Shown in pieces: positions 31,728-32,000 of a stretch of 32,000 bases of DNA; within the stretch, counting starts at the first letter, position 1, and the number at the start of each line of letters is the position of its first letter. The notes under the pieces were generated by a model. That model did no database searches and was not told the origin of the DNA. It saw only the letters and a program-made list of their open reading frames with translations. Position numbers and translations under genes: made by a program. Location of the stretch: positions 2,430,001 through 2,462,000 of the forward strand of contig CP104013.1 in the NCBI GenBank assembly GCA_025839675.1. The letters are read 5' to 3'. Origin of the DNA: Candidatus Lokiarchaeum ossiferum (GTDB lineage: Archaea > Asgardarchaeota > Lokiarchaeia > Sigyniarchaeales > Promethearchaeaceae).

Positions 31728-32000
31728 ATGAATCAACCCAAGGCTTTAGTCCAAGATCTCTCTGAGAATGAAAAATTCTATCATTCAAACAAAGAGAAAT
31801 TTGAATATTTATTTAAAAACATGTCAACTGGAGTAGTATATCATGCTGCAAATGGAAAAATTGTTTCTGCAAATCGATCCGCAGCAAGAATATTGGGATT
31901 GACAATGGATCAATTGCTTGGAAAAACAACTATGGATCCACGTTGGAAAATGATTCATGAAGATGGAACTCTAGTGGATGGGACTATGCATCCATCAATG
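31728..32000 (+). CDS. 5' part of a PAS-domain sensor protein (runs off the right edge)
   Basis: The ATG at 31728 opens a frame that runs to the window end. It reads MNQPKALVQDLSENEKFYHSNKEKFEYLFKNMSTGVVYHAANGKIVSANRSAARILGLTMDQLLGKTTMDPRWKMIHEDGTLV, a typical PAS N-terminal half. Confidence 0.65.
   Translation, partial: MNQPKALVQDLSENEKFYHSNKEKFEYLFKNMSTGVVYHAANGKIVSANRSAARILGLTMDQLLGKTTMDPRWKMIHEDGTLVDGTMHPSM

Noticed and set aside
1-32000. Looked for CRISPR arrays, tRNA/rRNA genes, transposases, integrases, and flanking repeats of an island or a defence system.
   Set aside because: I saw no regularly spaced repeats, no GC-rich cloverleaf-like stretches in intergenic regions, and no recombinase or nuclease-type ORFs. 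Composition looks uniform, so the region looks like core chromosome rather than a mobile or defence island. A by-eye scan cannot exclude small ncRNAs.

Overview
AT-rich archaeal chromosomal window with about 30 protein-coding genes. I saw no rRNA, tRNA, CRISPR array, transposase or integrase. Gene content points to an Asgard (Lokiarchaeia-like) archaeon, which is an inference. The evidence is two eukaryote-like Ras/Rab-family small GTPases with roadblock-type partners, an hdrCBA-mvhD-ferredoxin operon, oligo-T terminators, A/T-box promoters, and GGTGA/GGAGG ribosome-binding sites with some TTG/GTG starts.

Main content, left to right:
- Aldo/keto reductase, PduO-type corrinoid adenosyltransferase, an anchored secreted protein, and a GNAT.
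- GTPase module 1 (3668-5923): a glutaredoxin-like plus roadblock-like partner, a Cys-rich mini-ORF, and a roadblock-GTPase fusion.
- CPBP protease, an alpha/beta-hydrolase fused to a polytopic membrane domain, a membrane-tethered ArsR-type regulator, and a SAM methyltransferase.
- The hdrC-hdrB-hdrA-mvhD-fdx operon (10504-14944, minus strand).
- GTPase module 2 (15328-16804): a GcvH-like domain fused to a Rab-like GTPase, plus a paralogous roadblock-like partner.
- A small membrane protein and a possible hemerythrin-like protein.
- A sulfate-activation cluster (18373-24242): a DegT-like PLP enzyme, cysD, cysN carrying a degenerate APS-kinase-like tail, an Fe-S-type APS reductase, and a TauE-like exporter.
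- A large hybrid sensor kinase, a secreted protein, a serA-like/serC-like pair, a degenerate GH20-like protein, and a truncated PAS gene.

The most interesting signal is the duplicated small-GTPase/roadblock-partner module whose accessory domains are all redox- or thiol-flavoured. These are a CxxC glutaredoxin fold, a Cys-rich miniprotein, and a GcvH-like domain lacking the lipoyl lysine. One copy sits head-to-head with the heterodisulfide reductase operon.

The second most interesting signal is the sulfate cluster. Its kinase domain looks catalytically dead and its reductase looks APS-specific, and it has an unexplained DegT-like enzyme and a sulfite-exporter-like gene but no sulfite reductase.

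All functional calls come from by-eye motif reading. No searches were run.
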